Of a stretch of DNA of 64,000 nucleotides, positions 22,907-34,772 are shown in pieces. Origin of the DNA: Schmidtea polychroa (taxonomy: Eukaryota); the NCBI GenBank assembly GCA_044892525.1, contig CM097888.1, positions 73,594,001-73,658,000 on the forward strand, given 5' to 3'. Under the pieces are notes generated by a model, which worked only from the letters and a program-made list of their open reading frames with translations, was not told the DNA's origin and made no database searches. How positions within the stretch are numbered: the first letter of the stretch is position 1; the number at the start of each line of letters is the position of its first letter. The position numbers were made by a program, and so were the translations under genes.

Positions 22907-24249
22907 AGTTAGAAGATAATTATTATTATTATGAATTGAATTAGAGATAGTATTTATTTGATAATTATTATTATAATTCTTATCATTATTACTGTTATTT
23001 TTTAGGATAAAAATCTTTCGAGCAGGACAGAACGATATCAACTGTTCAGCATTGAAGGTATCAGACATAAAAGTTCTTCCAGTTGGACATAAAGATTTCT
23101 TCGCAGTATTTATTGGTTCATTAAGAACTGGGACCTTGTCAGTAATAGGCATAATCGTTAGGATCCTTTTGGCCGGGTATAACGACTTATTCATTGGAGC
23201 AAGAGCATCAATAGAATTTTCTTTTTTGGATTCATAACCTCCATTTTTCATATAAATCTTTCTTGCAGGGCAGTAGGATCGCGTTGCATCCATATGGATG
23301 CTTTTAGTTTTGGTCCATCCGATGGAGCCTTAGCGTATGATCTGGTGAATGGTGCTTCAGATTTCCTAGAAATAGAGTTATAAGAGTACAAATAAGATTT
23401 ATTGTTATTTGTGATTCGATCTCCAAGTGGGGTGCTTCTTCCGTTAATTGGGCCATCATGATCCATATTCTTGAAGTTCTTAGAGTAATAATCATAGAAC
23501 GATTTTTGCCTAGTGCTTTGAATGCTATATAAAAGCAATTCTACAAAGCACTGGTAAACGGCGGTAGTTGAGTAAGTATTAAGCATGAAAATATTTTCTA
23601 TGAAGTTCTGTTGCATATTAGAAAACAACTAGTTAAGAAAAGAATAATATTAAAATGAAATAATTAATTACACTTCCATGGTTCAATCATGCGTGACACA
23701 AATGGAATTCTTTTCATAAACTTTAATATAAGCCATTATTAAATAAGAAAATGTGGTTTCAATTATATTTAGAAAATGATTTTTTATTTAACAATACAAA
23801 GATGTCTTGGGAGACCATAATAACAATGGAAATATTTCTCAATTCTTATTGTGTAACAATATAATAAAATGTAAGCAAAACAAATTCTAGCAACGTTAAA
23901 GTAGCAAAATATTAACAGATTATATAATTCCATCTCATCTCTCATGTTGATCAAGTAAATAACACATGTATATTTTTTTATTGTTTTCTAAATGTGCAAA
24001 TGCCTATTTTTCATTATCACGTAGAATGTCACACAGTGTAAATATTACTAAACAGTCTGATGAGCAATGTCATTTTGAAAGTATTATAAGTCCATTTTTT
24101 GAAAAAAGTCAGATAGTGATGAAACAATAGATAGAAGTTTTTGGTAACTTTTTATCTGCAAATAATCTTTATTCAGAATAAATTAAAATCCCTAATATTT
24201 TAGCAATGAAAGTTTTGTTTGTTAAAGATGTAATGCTATCATTTTATTA

Positions 24250-24296
<47 letters not shown>

Positions 24297-24314
24297 TTTT
24301 TTTATTATTATTAT

Positions 24315-26171
24315 TATTTAAAACAATAATGTGATAATTTAAGCCTTTTGTGTATTTAATGTATTTAATGAAAACTTTTTCGACTATAATATAGTCCTTG
24401 TCAATCTCCTGGAATTTAGCAATATTCTTCCCGAGCATACATCTTGATCTTTCTTTTATTTCTTTTTTGTTAGTTCTCATTGGTTAAAAATATAATATAA
24501 TGATATACTTTCTTTTTCTGAATTTTTTAAAAAATTTTTATTTAAAATTAAAATAAATATCCTTTAAAATTCAAAAGGAAACACCAACCAAAATTTTTAA
24601 ATTTTTAAAGCTTCTATAATTAGCCCTAAGAAGCCTACTTTAATGAAATATTTATAATAACTATTTATATACGCGATTTAAAAATTTTAATGTGTCAATT
24701 TTTATTTTTAATTCCTATCTTTTGAAAGCATATTTCCTAAAATTTCTATATTATTTTAATTATTACTTTTTTAATTTTGTTTATATTTTTTATATATTAT
24801 TAGTTATTCTCAAGGTCAATGACAACAGATAAAATTGATGATTTCATTGATTTCTTCTTTAGTGTTGATTTTTGGCCGTCTGTTTATAATGAGAATTGCT
24901 TCCTTGAATTTGACTTTTTTTTTGATGTTTTCATTGGCTACGATTTCGATTGAAATATTTTTTCTTTCCTTTGTTGGTTGACATTTTTGGAGATGTCTGT
25001 TTATCGAGGATTTTCCACCAGGATCTAGATGTTCTTTAACTCTTTGGTGCAAGGTCCTTGCATACATTTCACGTGATGCAATAGACAATGTTTTTTCTAA
25101 AGCACATCTTTCGGTTTCTGGCAGTTTTCCATTGTGCAATTGTTTTCTTTATTTGTGTTATTTGCAAGAGCTTTTCTCAATGTCCAAGATTTATGTGCTA
25201 TTCGAATTAGAAGACCGGCATGTTTAAGTTCTTTCAGGATCTTGAAGTTGAGTATGTCACTGATTAATGGGATATTAAGATAGAAATATTTCTGATTCTT
25301 TTGTGTTAATTCGCTAGATCTTTTTGGGGTAGAATTCATTTTTTCAATGCCCTCACCTTGATATCCGTTTCTGTGTAGATTTTAAAGAAATTTGATTAAT
25401 GTTTAAAGTTTTCGTTTTCTTCAGTGCATCGATTGGCTATCTTTTGTTTTCGTTTTTATGACATGTACTTTCTGTAAATATGAAAGCGCTGATCTTTGGT
25501 GAATAAATATTTCTTTGCGAGCGGGTTTTCTGTAGAAACCGTATGTTAAAGTAATAATGTGCTTCTGCAGTCATGAAAGCTTGTCTTTGTACTTCGTAGA
25601 TCAATTCTTTCGGGTGGTTATTCAAATACGTTTTCAAAATGTTTTCTTGATTCTTTTGTTCCCGATGAGTTTTTCCGTACATACTTCTAATTAAAATTGT
25701 TAAAATATACTCTGATGTTTTTATTTCTCTTGATGTTTTGATCTTTGTTGAGAATCTGAGGTAAGTGGATGTTGTCAAATGTTGTAGAATAGATCTTTGT
25801 TTCCTTACAACGGCGAAGGAAATTTATTTGGCAGTATAATTTCGCAATTTTCTCGTTGATTCTAGTTAAATTCTGTATTTCCAAGTATTTTGCCCAGCTC
25901 AGACCTTTTGAAAGTAAAATGTATTATTATATGATGATTTATTGGTAGCAGCATTAATTAAATTTTAAACAATTAAATGATAATTTAAGCCTTTTGCTGC
26001 GAATAATATATTTAATACAAATGAAAAAATATTCGACTATAAGATAGCCATGTATATGATGACTATAAGATAGCCATATAAATGATGACTATAAGATAGC
26101 CATGTACATGATGACTATAAGATAGCCATGTATACGATGACTATAAGATAGCCATGTATATGATAGTCATC
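24315..26171 (-). mobile_element. Internally deleted Penelope-like element flanked by direct repeats (pseudo-LTRs)
   Basis: N-terminal EKIAKLYCQINFLRRCK at 25687-25884; GIY-YIG tail RTLHQRVKEH...SSINRHLQKC...KEAILI...PKIN at 24816-25139. No RT motifs seen. Direct repeat ...AACAAT.A..TGATAATTTAAGCCTTTTG...TTCGACTATAA at ~24320-24390 and ~25965-26042. Confidence 0.75.
26035..26164. repeat. Minisatellite, 5 x 26 bp (GACTATAAGATAGCCATGTATATGAT)
   Basis: Five contiguous units with 0-2 substitutions and no spacers. Confidence 0.97.
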
Positions 26172-26749
26172 TAAATGGGTTTAATATCAAGAAATTTGTA
26201 GATATTTTAAAAATTACAGTTTATTCAATAAATCATAATTTTCTTTGCAGTATCATCGAGACTTTATAAACAATGTCCCAATGATTTTTGTCTCATAATA
26301 TATTATAATTAATAATATGAACTTGATAATACTATCATACTTCCATCTCGTTATTTGCTTTCCTAAAAGACTCTAAATATACGTTGGATATCAATAATAA
26401 TAGCAGGTTACCTTAGCCTCGAGAAAGCTTATTGTAAATAGATTTGTTCTAAAACATTTCCTATGTTATAATTGTTGATGATTGGGTTAGAAGACATATC
26501 TCATTATATTTGGAAGTCGTAGGGTGGTGTACATCAAATATATATATATATTTATTTATTTATTTATTTATCTTTTTTAGCAATTATTAAAATCTCGTCC
26601 GCATAACTAATCAATTCGATGTTTTAAGGTCTTCTATAACCCAATTATCGTTCTAATGATCGACACAATAAAAGTTTGTATTAATAGTTATGCAAATCTA
26701 TTATCCAAACGAATATTCACCAAAGCAAATATTCCGCTAAACTTTTTAT

Positions 26750-27450
26750 AATACTGGACTTTACCAAAGAAAGCTTCTGTGGGCTCAAATGACGTAGTTG
26801 TATCTGCAGTCCTTTATAATCCCTCTATAGTGCCGAATTGTTCGTAATTTTTTCTCTACGGTTGAACTCACATAAAATCATCAATTAAATATATGCATTA
26901 TAAGAATAATGAAGTTTACTTCGTGAAGAGGCCTCTTGTCCCCGGACATCACGAGCTCATTGATAGTATTCTCTCAGAGATTTGTGATATTTAGTATAAA
27001 ATGATGATGCTACCTTCAACATCGGCTTATATAGGGAATGTGTGTTTCACTTAGACGGATTTTCTATGCTCCGTGCTTGCACGCCGAGGCCTTAGGAAGT
27101 CCCTCCTCCATTTTCCTTGGCTGTCACGATCACTGTGTATTAATATTGATTTGGGGCAATGTGTCTGTAGTGCTTGTGTCGGGATCTTCATTGCCACGTA
27201 TAAATGTCGCGCTCTATTACGAATTGTGCTACTTGTTTCTAGCACAATCGTCTCGTTATTTATTATCAATCGGAAAATCTCTTCTCTCGTACTCTCTCCT
27301 GGCATATATTAAATTCATACTTTCTGTAGATCATTTCTTCAATTTATCATGAATTAGCTGAACAAATAATGGCAAAATTATCGAACAATTTGTATTAAAT
27401 CTAGTAATACGTGACTCATCCTAGATGGTGACTGAGGTTTACCTGTTTTA
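26750..27450 (-). pseudogene. Highly degraded retroviral-type integrase remnant
   Basis: IHSDRDSQ resembles IHSDxGSQF; TTTSFEPTEAFFG resembles TgfsPfel.fG. Many stops. Confidence 0.45.
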
Positions 27451-28679
27451 CCTATTTATTCGTTGGAATCTTTGTCTCAAACCTCCTAGCTATTTCTGAT
27501 TTCGTCGGATTTGCTGGTTATATGAATAATTCTGAGTCTGAATTCGAATTATCGCATGGTTAATATCTGTGCGATGTGCAATAGTGGAGAAGGACATGTT
27601 TTGATGCTTAAATTGGGTTCGTTGTGTCATGCATTCATGGTCTTAATCAACAACTAATTCAGAGCAGGCGTTTCACATAACTCGTTAATTTAAATGTCTT
27701 ATTGTGTAGTCTTTGCTAAAAGCGATTCGGGTACCGACTGAACTTTAGTTAGAGAATCGGTTTATTTGTATAAAAAGGTTTTTGGGCTTTGGTCCACTCT
27801 TATTTTTAAGCCTGCTTTTGTTTACCTTAACTAGTGATTATTCTAATTCAGTTATCACCATTTTTAGGCAGATATCCTACCCTATTTTTATTGTCCATTT
27901 AGCTTACCTGAACATTGTTCGAAATCATTTCAGTAAAACAAATTTGAATTATTATAATTCTGAATACTTTTGAATTTTAATTTTCATCAATTTTGATGAC
28001 GATTTCTTATAACTTACGATTTACTTTATTTTTTAATTTTATATTTTTGATAATTTAGTTTTTAAATTTTTATATTTTAGTTAGTTTTAACTAGCTACTT
28101 GACAGACATGATGGATTTCACCATATTTTTAGAATATTCCAGTGTTTTTGGTCATTTCTATTATAATTTTGATTCATATATAATTATTTATGCTATTGTT
28201 TTTGTGTTAATAAAAATAAAGTCGGTATGTTGTTGAAATTATAAATGTAAAATTTGGCATTTTGGAATTGGGTCAAAAATTGACCGTAACTCATTTTTAG
28301 GTAAAAAAAACCCTTAAACTCACTATGTGTAAATGTGTTTAACGAGTTTTTATCGAATTTAATTACTTTAATGTTTACACTGAGACCGTATTTGAACACG
28401 CTTTTCTTTATTTCTTAATAGATTTTAAAATAAGGAAGCAATTATTTTAAATAGTTAAATAAATTTATTAAAAAGCTTGACTATGAATCAGTAAATATAT
28501 CGATGTTTTCGATATTCACGAATTTTCGGCCTGCCTTTTTCAAGTGAATTTGATCAATAATCAGTAAATCTGAAAACTGTTTCCGATTTATGCTGTGTAT
28601 GATAACTTAATTTTGACTATCTTAATAATCGTACCTGAGATAAATGCGGAAATTACTACTTGAAATGCTTATTTATTTA

Positions 28680-28960
28680 TTAATGCTTATATTTGATGTG
28701 AGTGTCGCGGTCGGGTGATGCTCCAATTATATCGTCAAAGTATGCAAAAGCGTGGGGAACGTCACGGAAAATTGTGTCCATGAAGCGTTGTAAGGACCGA
28801 GCTGCGTTTCTTAAGCCAAAAGGCATGAACATGTATTCGAAATTTCCAAATGGTGTGGAGACGGTAGTTTTGGGAACCATCTATATGATAGGCTTTCAAG
28901 AGGTCTATAGTTGAAAATATGATGGATTGTGAAAGGGGGAAATTGGAGCAGTCTTTGCCG
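28680..28960 (-). pseudogene. Ty3/gypsy reverse transcriptase fragment
   Basis: FSTIDLLKAY; KTTVSTPFGNFEYMFMPFGLRNAARSLQRFMD...AYFDDII. Confidence 0.9.
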
Positions 28961-29559
28961 TATTGTGATTTGTTTAAGTGACGATTCACAATGTACAGCT
29001 TGGAAGGCATTTTTGTGCATGTAACCCGAAGAGGTTCTGGTAAATGCAGATGGAAATAACTCTGAAGGTTGACACAGCGTTTGGCAATGAACATCCGATG
29101 TGACATGTTGATGATGATGAAGCTTGACCTGCGCATGGAGTGGGTTTTGATAGTTTTACGATTGCTGAAGTGTGTGTGCATAAATATTTCTTTTTATCTC
29201 TGTTTTTATAGACTCATATGGACTTTCTGAGTCTAATGCTTCGGCTATTTGTGAACCTAATTCTGACATTAACTCGTCAGTTATGGCGTCTAATTATAAA
29301 GAGATCTTGTCTTAATTTGGGGTTGGCGTTTGTGTGCGATTCAGAAATGCGGAATCAAGATGCCACCACCTCTTGTCATGATAAAAAGTGTTACTTCTGA
29401 ATTTTCTGGGATTGAAAAAGGATCGATGATGGGGACCTTGTTATTAAAGACGAAAAATTCGTTGTTGTCTATTAAAATATTTTGATAGGTCTTTCGGGAA
29501 ATCTGAGGTTACGCGGACTTGAATACAAAATGTTGTTGTGGCTGCAATGATATTGACCT

Positions 29560-30190
29560 TTTTGTTATTAATAAGGGTTGGGTTTTTGGGTTTGGAAAGA
29601 GGTGAGATAGAATAAAATTAAAATAATGATCAAACTTTGCAAATACATAATATATAAATTTTAAGAATGAAAAATGTGCAAATGTTTTAATGACAATTAT
29701 AGATAAAATTTTAACTTTTTTATGGAAAAAGGATTTACCTTTGTCACTTCTGACACCAATTGTAGAGAGCATAAATCTAATCGGTACAATATATTTATTG
29801 GATTCCACATCTATGCATAAAGTGTATCTGGTATTTGTGAATTTAGAAAGGGTAATGCATTTTATTGGATACGACTCTCCTGATAGTGTTATTGGAATAA
29901 TCCATTGTGATGGTGTAGTCTCAATGATCCTAGCGTAATTGCTGATTTGAACTTAACGTATCCATTAACTGCATGTTCTGTGATCTGACGACGAAGAATA
30001 CCAGCAGCAGCTTTACGGGATTGATCGTTCGTAATGTCCATTCGATATATCGGAGAATCATTTCTTTGATCCACTAATTGTTCCAATTGCAGAGTTTTGA
30101 ACACATCTTTTAATTGATTAAAAGATGTAGATGTTTGAAAGTTTATGAATATAAGAATATTAAAACAGTGTATTTTAATTTATTTTATTT
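29560..30190 (-). pseudogene. Unknown ORF-like family, copy 1
   Basis: FKTLQLEQLVDQ...NGYVK...NTRYTLCIDVESNKYIVPIRF, with a frame change. Confidence 0.5.
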
Positions 30191-30665
30191 AATAATGAAT
30201 TTGAAATTTAATTAATAAATTTATATAATTATTAATTTAAAAGTCAGAGGAAATAGGAATCCTATTTAGATATTCAATTAATCATTACACAACTTTCAAT
30301 AAAAAATTGAAACTATAATTTTTTAATTATATTTGAAGGTCAAATGCTTTACAATATTTAACAATTTAAATTATAAAGGAAATGCTTTTTGAAAATAAAT
30401 TAGTTATCATTCGATAGAGTAAGTCGATTTCCAAGTAACATTTGAAGATAATTTTGTCAATTAAAACTTAAGTTATTGTAAAAAATTATAATTTTCCATC
30501 TTGATTTATTGCAGAAATAAGCAATATTCCACTATACATTACCGAAGAAAACGAATTTTGTTGTGGTAGAAAGTGGGTTAATAAAAACATCTATTTAAAT
30601 TAACACAATATATTCAATTCATTGCACTGTCTGTGGTATTGAATATCTCAATTTAGAACTCTAGT

Positions 30666-30668
<3 letters not shown>

Positions 30669-30720
<52 letters not shown>
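30669..30720. repeat. (AT)n microsatellite
   Basis: Pure AT run. Confidence 0.95.
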
Positions 30721-30724
<4 letters not shown>

Positions 30725-30959
30725 CAAGAAAAAAAAGTTCAAGACTGAAAAATTTATTATAACCAACAATAAAATTTTTATTTAAATAAAGATTCATAAA
30801 ATTCATTTTGAAGTTTATTCACATAAACTTAATTAAAATTTATAAATAAACTTTTGAAATCATATTTAATATGCATTTGTAAATTAGTTATCAAATATAC
30901 ATGTAAAATATGATTAAAATTATTTTTTTAATTCAAATCTTACATTTTTTCATTTTAAT

Positions 30960-31380
30960 ATTCTATCAATAAAAAATGTAGGAACGTAAGACTAATTGGT
31001 AAGATATATTGATCGAATTCCATATCTTTGTACAAAGTGTATTTGACATTTTGGAGATTTTGTTTCAGAATTCATTTCATTGAATACGAGTCTCCGATTT
31101 TAGAATTGCTTGGATATTTAATTGCGATGGCGCAGTCTTCATTATCAGAGTGTAATTGTTGATTTGTCTTTGACGTATCCATTGACTGGATGTTGAGTGC
31201 TCCAACGACGAGTAGAAGTATCAGTACCAACTTTACAAAATTTATCATTTGTAATGTATATATGAGATAGAGGTGAAGCAGTTCGTTGATCCACAAATTG
31301 TCCTAATTCCAGAGTTTTGAGTATGATTTTTGAATTAAAAAGATGGAGATGTTCGAAAGTTTATATATATATATATATAA
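30960..31380 (-). pseudogene. Unknown ORF-like family, copy 2
   Basis: LKTLELGQFVDQ...NGYVK...NVKYTLYKDMEFDQYILPISL, with stops. Confidence 0.5.
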
Positions 31381-32042
31381 AAATATTTTATTTTTAATAC
31401 TAATTTTTAAATTTTTATTAGAGAATTACTCAATAAAACTTTCTAAAATGAATGCCAGATAAAATTCTAAAAGAAAAATATAGTGAAAATACATTTTTAA
31501 AATAATTTATTCATAAATTGTAATCAATCAAGAATCCATTACACATTTGCTTGGTAACGTAGATTCACTTGATTTTAAAGTGAAAGGTTCTGGTGAACAA
31601 CTTTCACATCGAAGAAGCATTTTCTTTTTTCCTGAAAAAAGATCTAAAAATAACTTCTCTTTTATTAATGAAAATTCAGTTTGTTTTTTCACAAGACTGG
31701 ATTTAATGAAAGTTTTACTCAACAAGAATTCGTGTATCAATTCTTGAATATGTGGCAAGAAGAATACTTTGTGAATATTATCCAATTGATATGTCTAAAA
31801 TAATTAATATTTTGAAAATTTGTAATTTTTCAAAATTTAAATATATTTAAAAAATTTTTCAAAGTCTATTGTTGAGGAAAGGAATTTTATTTTTACTCTA
31901 ATTAACTCATACAGTCTTTATTGTATTCATTAATACTAGTTAATCCCTTCGGTCGATAGTGTTCAAGAACTCGGATGCAAAAATTATGGAAAGTCTCTTT
32001 AATGTGCATTGTGTTACACAAATAATTAATGATTGTCTATAA

Positions 32043-32488
32043 CAGTGCTACTCAAAGTGTGGTACGCGTACCGGTGCCGGTACGCAAGCAATAGTCTGAC
32101 GGTACGCGAAGAGATTTTCAAAGGAAAATAAACAAATGTAAAATTACATGCCATGAGAAACAGGTTTGTCATGTGACTGATATTTTTTGTTTATTTATCT
32201 AATAAGAATACAGCATGGTAGTAATTTAATTGGAAACAGTTATTGTATGCACTTTATTAAAAGATTTGACTGATATTTTACTCTATGTCACACATCTGAA
32301 GACTTGCATCTGAAGACTTGCATGACAATGATTAGTGATCTTAAATTGAATAAGACTTCATGTCATCATGATTAGTCGTCGCTTTTTTTCCCATTTCCCT
32401 CTTGCGATAGCTAGATTGGCTAGTCGGTCCCTGTCGAATAAAAAAAACATCTGCCGGTACGCCACATCAGAAAGTTTGAGAAGCACTG
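32043..32488. mobile_element. hAT (Charlie/Buster-type) MITE, 446 bp
   Basis: TIR CAGTGCT(A/T)CTCAAA; perfect TSD GTCTATAA (32035-32042, 32489-32496). A paralogous empty site occurs near 9145. Confidence 0.95.
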
Positions 32489-32936
32489 GTCTATAAGATA
32501 TGCGCCTGAATAAATTATGAATTACAAAGAGTTTTTCGCTATTTCATGACAAATTTGACAATGAAGTGACATGTATTCTATATGATACTTTGGAGAGAAT
32601 AACTGTTGCAGAGAAGACTAGCAAAAATTGGCGATATTCCAAAATTGACAAAATCTGATTTAATGATTACTTAAAGACATCCACTGAAATGGTCAATGTT
32701 GGTGGAAGCAGGTTATTGATTACAAAATTTTGCTTATTCTCACTAAATATAGGAAAACAGATTGATCGAAAAAAATTGTAGGCAACCAAAAAAATACAAT
32801 AAAAGTTCAATGTTATTGGTATGTAAATATTAGCCATCCGGTATACCCCTCCCTTAAATTAATTATGTAATTAATCCGGACTATTCTTTCATTACGCACT
32901 TATTAAATATTTAATTAAAAAATTTGTCATTTTGAA

Positions 32937-34477
32937 CAGTGGCGTAGCTAGGGTATGTGCCGACCGGGGCGATCCTTAAAATTGCCGCCCCCCTCTTGTA
33001 CATTTTTTAAAATAAAAACTTTCCAAAACAGACGGCCCATTTTGCCTCCCTTTCAAAATACGCTACATACCCTTCACATATATATACTATTTATTCGTGT
33101 ATGAAATATTTTTTTTCTTATTTAAACAAAGTGTTTTATAATACATTAAAACATAATAAATTAAGCATTGTCAAATTATCATTATATTTAATTTTTAAAT
33201 AATACAATAGAATGCAATATATCAAATAGTATAAAACAAGACAAAATTAACATATCATTACAGAGTAAAAAAAAAATAAATTAATTATAAAATTAGCCAA
33301 CAACTAAAAATATTGTATACAAAAGTTGTTTATATAAATTGGTATTAAAGTAAAAAAGGACACTAATGTAATATAAAAATCATCAACTGATACTTTTTAA
33401 TTGTCTTAGAACATTAATACCCATAAACTATATTCTACAATCTACATAATTACTCTTCTTGCTTTTCGTCTAGCAAAGTCATCAATAACATCATCGAAGT
33501 CTGCTTCCTACGTTAATTGATGTTCTATTGATAACATGGCAAGATTTCTCAACCGTAAACTGTGCATAGAAGATCTTAAGTAATTCTTAATTAATTTTAA
33601 TTTTGAAAAACTTCTCTCGCGGCTAGCCACACTTACAGCAATTGTCAGGAAAATTCGTAATAAAATGACAATATTTGGTACGGAATTTCCAAGATTATAT
33701 TTTTGAATGAACTGTAAAAGCTCAAAGGGGCTTTCTTTCAATATTTCTGTTTCGTCTCGCATAGCTGCGGCAGCGACGAAACTTATTAATCTTTTTCTTT
33801 CAATAAAGAATTCTTCCTTATTGATATCGTCACGATCATCACTTATCTGACAATTATAATCTTCGTTTAAAAGATTAGTTGGGGCAAGAAATCCATATTT
33901 TTCAGCAAGAACATGAATCTGTTGAAATCTCGTATTTATTTCTTGAATAACCCTGTCTAGAGAAGAATATATTTCTCTTCGCAATTCAGTTTCATACGGC
34001 AATTCAGCATCATTGGATCCTTCATCAAACATTCTTTTTTTCTTTTTGCACCGACGCTGACGCTCCATGATAATTCCTAAATCAGCACAAATTTCCTTGG
34101 CATATATTATCTCTTTGTTATTAGGTACCATAAAGCACTTACTCGACTTGAACAAATAATGGAAAACATCTGTTAAAATTTCGACTTTTACCGATTCTAA
34201 AAAATCGCCAAATTTTCGGATAGGGTAAAATATTTGTATATATAGGGGCAGCCTTTTATGACTGGCAAGTTTCTTAAATTCAACATTTCTTAAAATAATA
34301 AATAAGTTATTGTTAAGCTCTTGCTATTCGTGGATATATACGTATATATTTATTTTAGTGCATTCAGGTTTAAGAATCATACAGACGATCTCATCGCGAA
34401 TATGCCACCCCAGAGAAAGTGCCGCCCGGGGCGGCCCCCCCGCCCCCCGCCCCCGCCCCACCATAGCTACGCCACTG
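32937..34477 (-). mobile_element. Internally deleted hAT (ZMYM1-like), 1541 bp, retaining the transposase C-terminus
   Basis: Perfect 14-bp TIR CAGTGGCGTAGCTA; TSD ATTTTGAA (32929-32936, 34478-34485); dimerisation motif IFLTIAVSVASRERSFSKLKLIKNYLRS in ORF 33508-34155. Confidence 0.95.
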
Positions 34478-34486
34478 ATTTTGAAC

Positions 34487-34772
34487 CACTATCGTCAGGT
34501 ATTTTTGGTCTCAGGGATTTTTGTACAATGAATTTGGTCCTCGCTAAAAAACCTAAAATAAATTTTCTCTAAAAACTTTTTGCCCTCGTTGGATATCATA
34601 GTTATGTGAATAACACACTATAGTGAAGGGGTATATGATGTAGACTTTTTAACGAGAACCTAAATCTAGTACAAAAAATCCCAGAGACCTAAAAAGTACT
34701 TAGGCTTTTTTTATCGAGAGCTGAATTCCATGTAAAAAAATCCGAGACCAAAAATACCCCTTGACTATAGTG
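34487..34772. mobile_element. MITE-like element with imperfect CACTAT-starting TIRs (superfamily unresolved)
   Basis: Left CACTATCGTCAGGTATTTTTGGTCTCAGGGATTTTT; right reverse complement CACTATAGTCAAGGGGTATTTTTGGTCTCGGATTTTT. No clear TSD. Confidence 0.65.

Larger units (their letters stand above)
13660..23620 (-). mobile_element. Decayed RLE-type non-LTR retrotransposon, NeSL/Utopia-like (boundaries approximate)
   Basis: Domain order on the minus strand: low-complexity N-terminus, Zn fingers (CYCRSW...HIAENH), Ulp1-like remnant, RT, CCHC knuckle, PD-(D/E)xK endonuclease, long 3' UTR. Many stops and frameshifts. Confidence 0.85.

Noticed and set aside
23572-23579. ATACTTAC (U1 snRNA 5' end) on the minus strand near the retroelement 5' end
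   Set aside because: Only 8 nt, and the rest of U1 is absent; it is equally a plus-strand GTAAGTAT donor-like chance match.
24057-24090. CTGATGA...GAAA hammerhead-like core on the plus strand
   Set aside because: No plausible stem II or stem III/UH can be formed.
26035-26164. CRISPR-like appearance of the 26-bp repeats
   Set aside because: The units are contiguous with no unique spacers, there are no cas genes, and the context is eukaryotic.
31072-31296. Apparent signal-peptide protein (MINFVKLVLILLLVVGA...)
   Set aside because: The frame conserved with the two paralogous copies is a different one, so the hydrophobic stretch is likely incidental.
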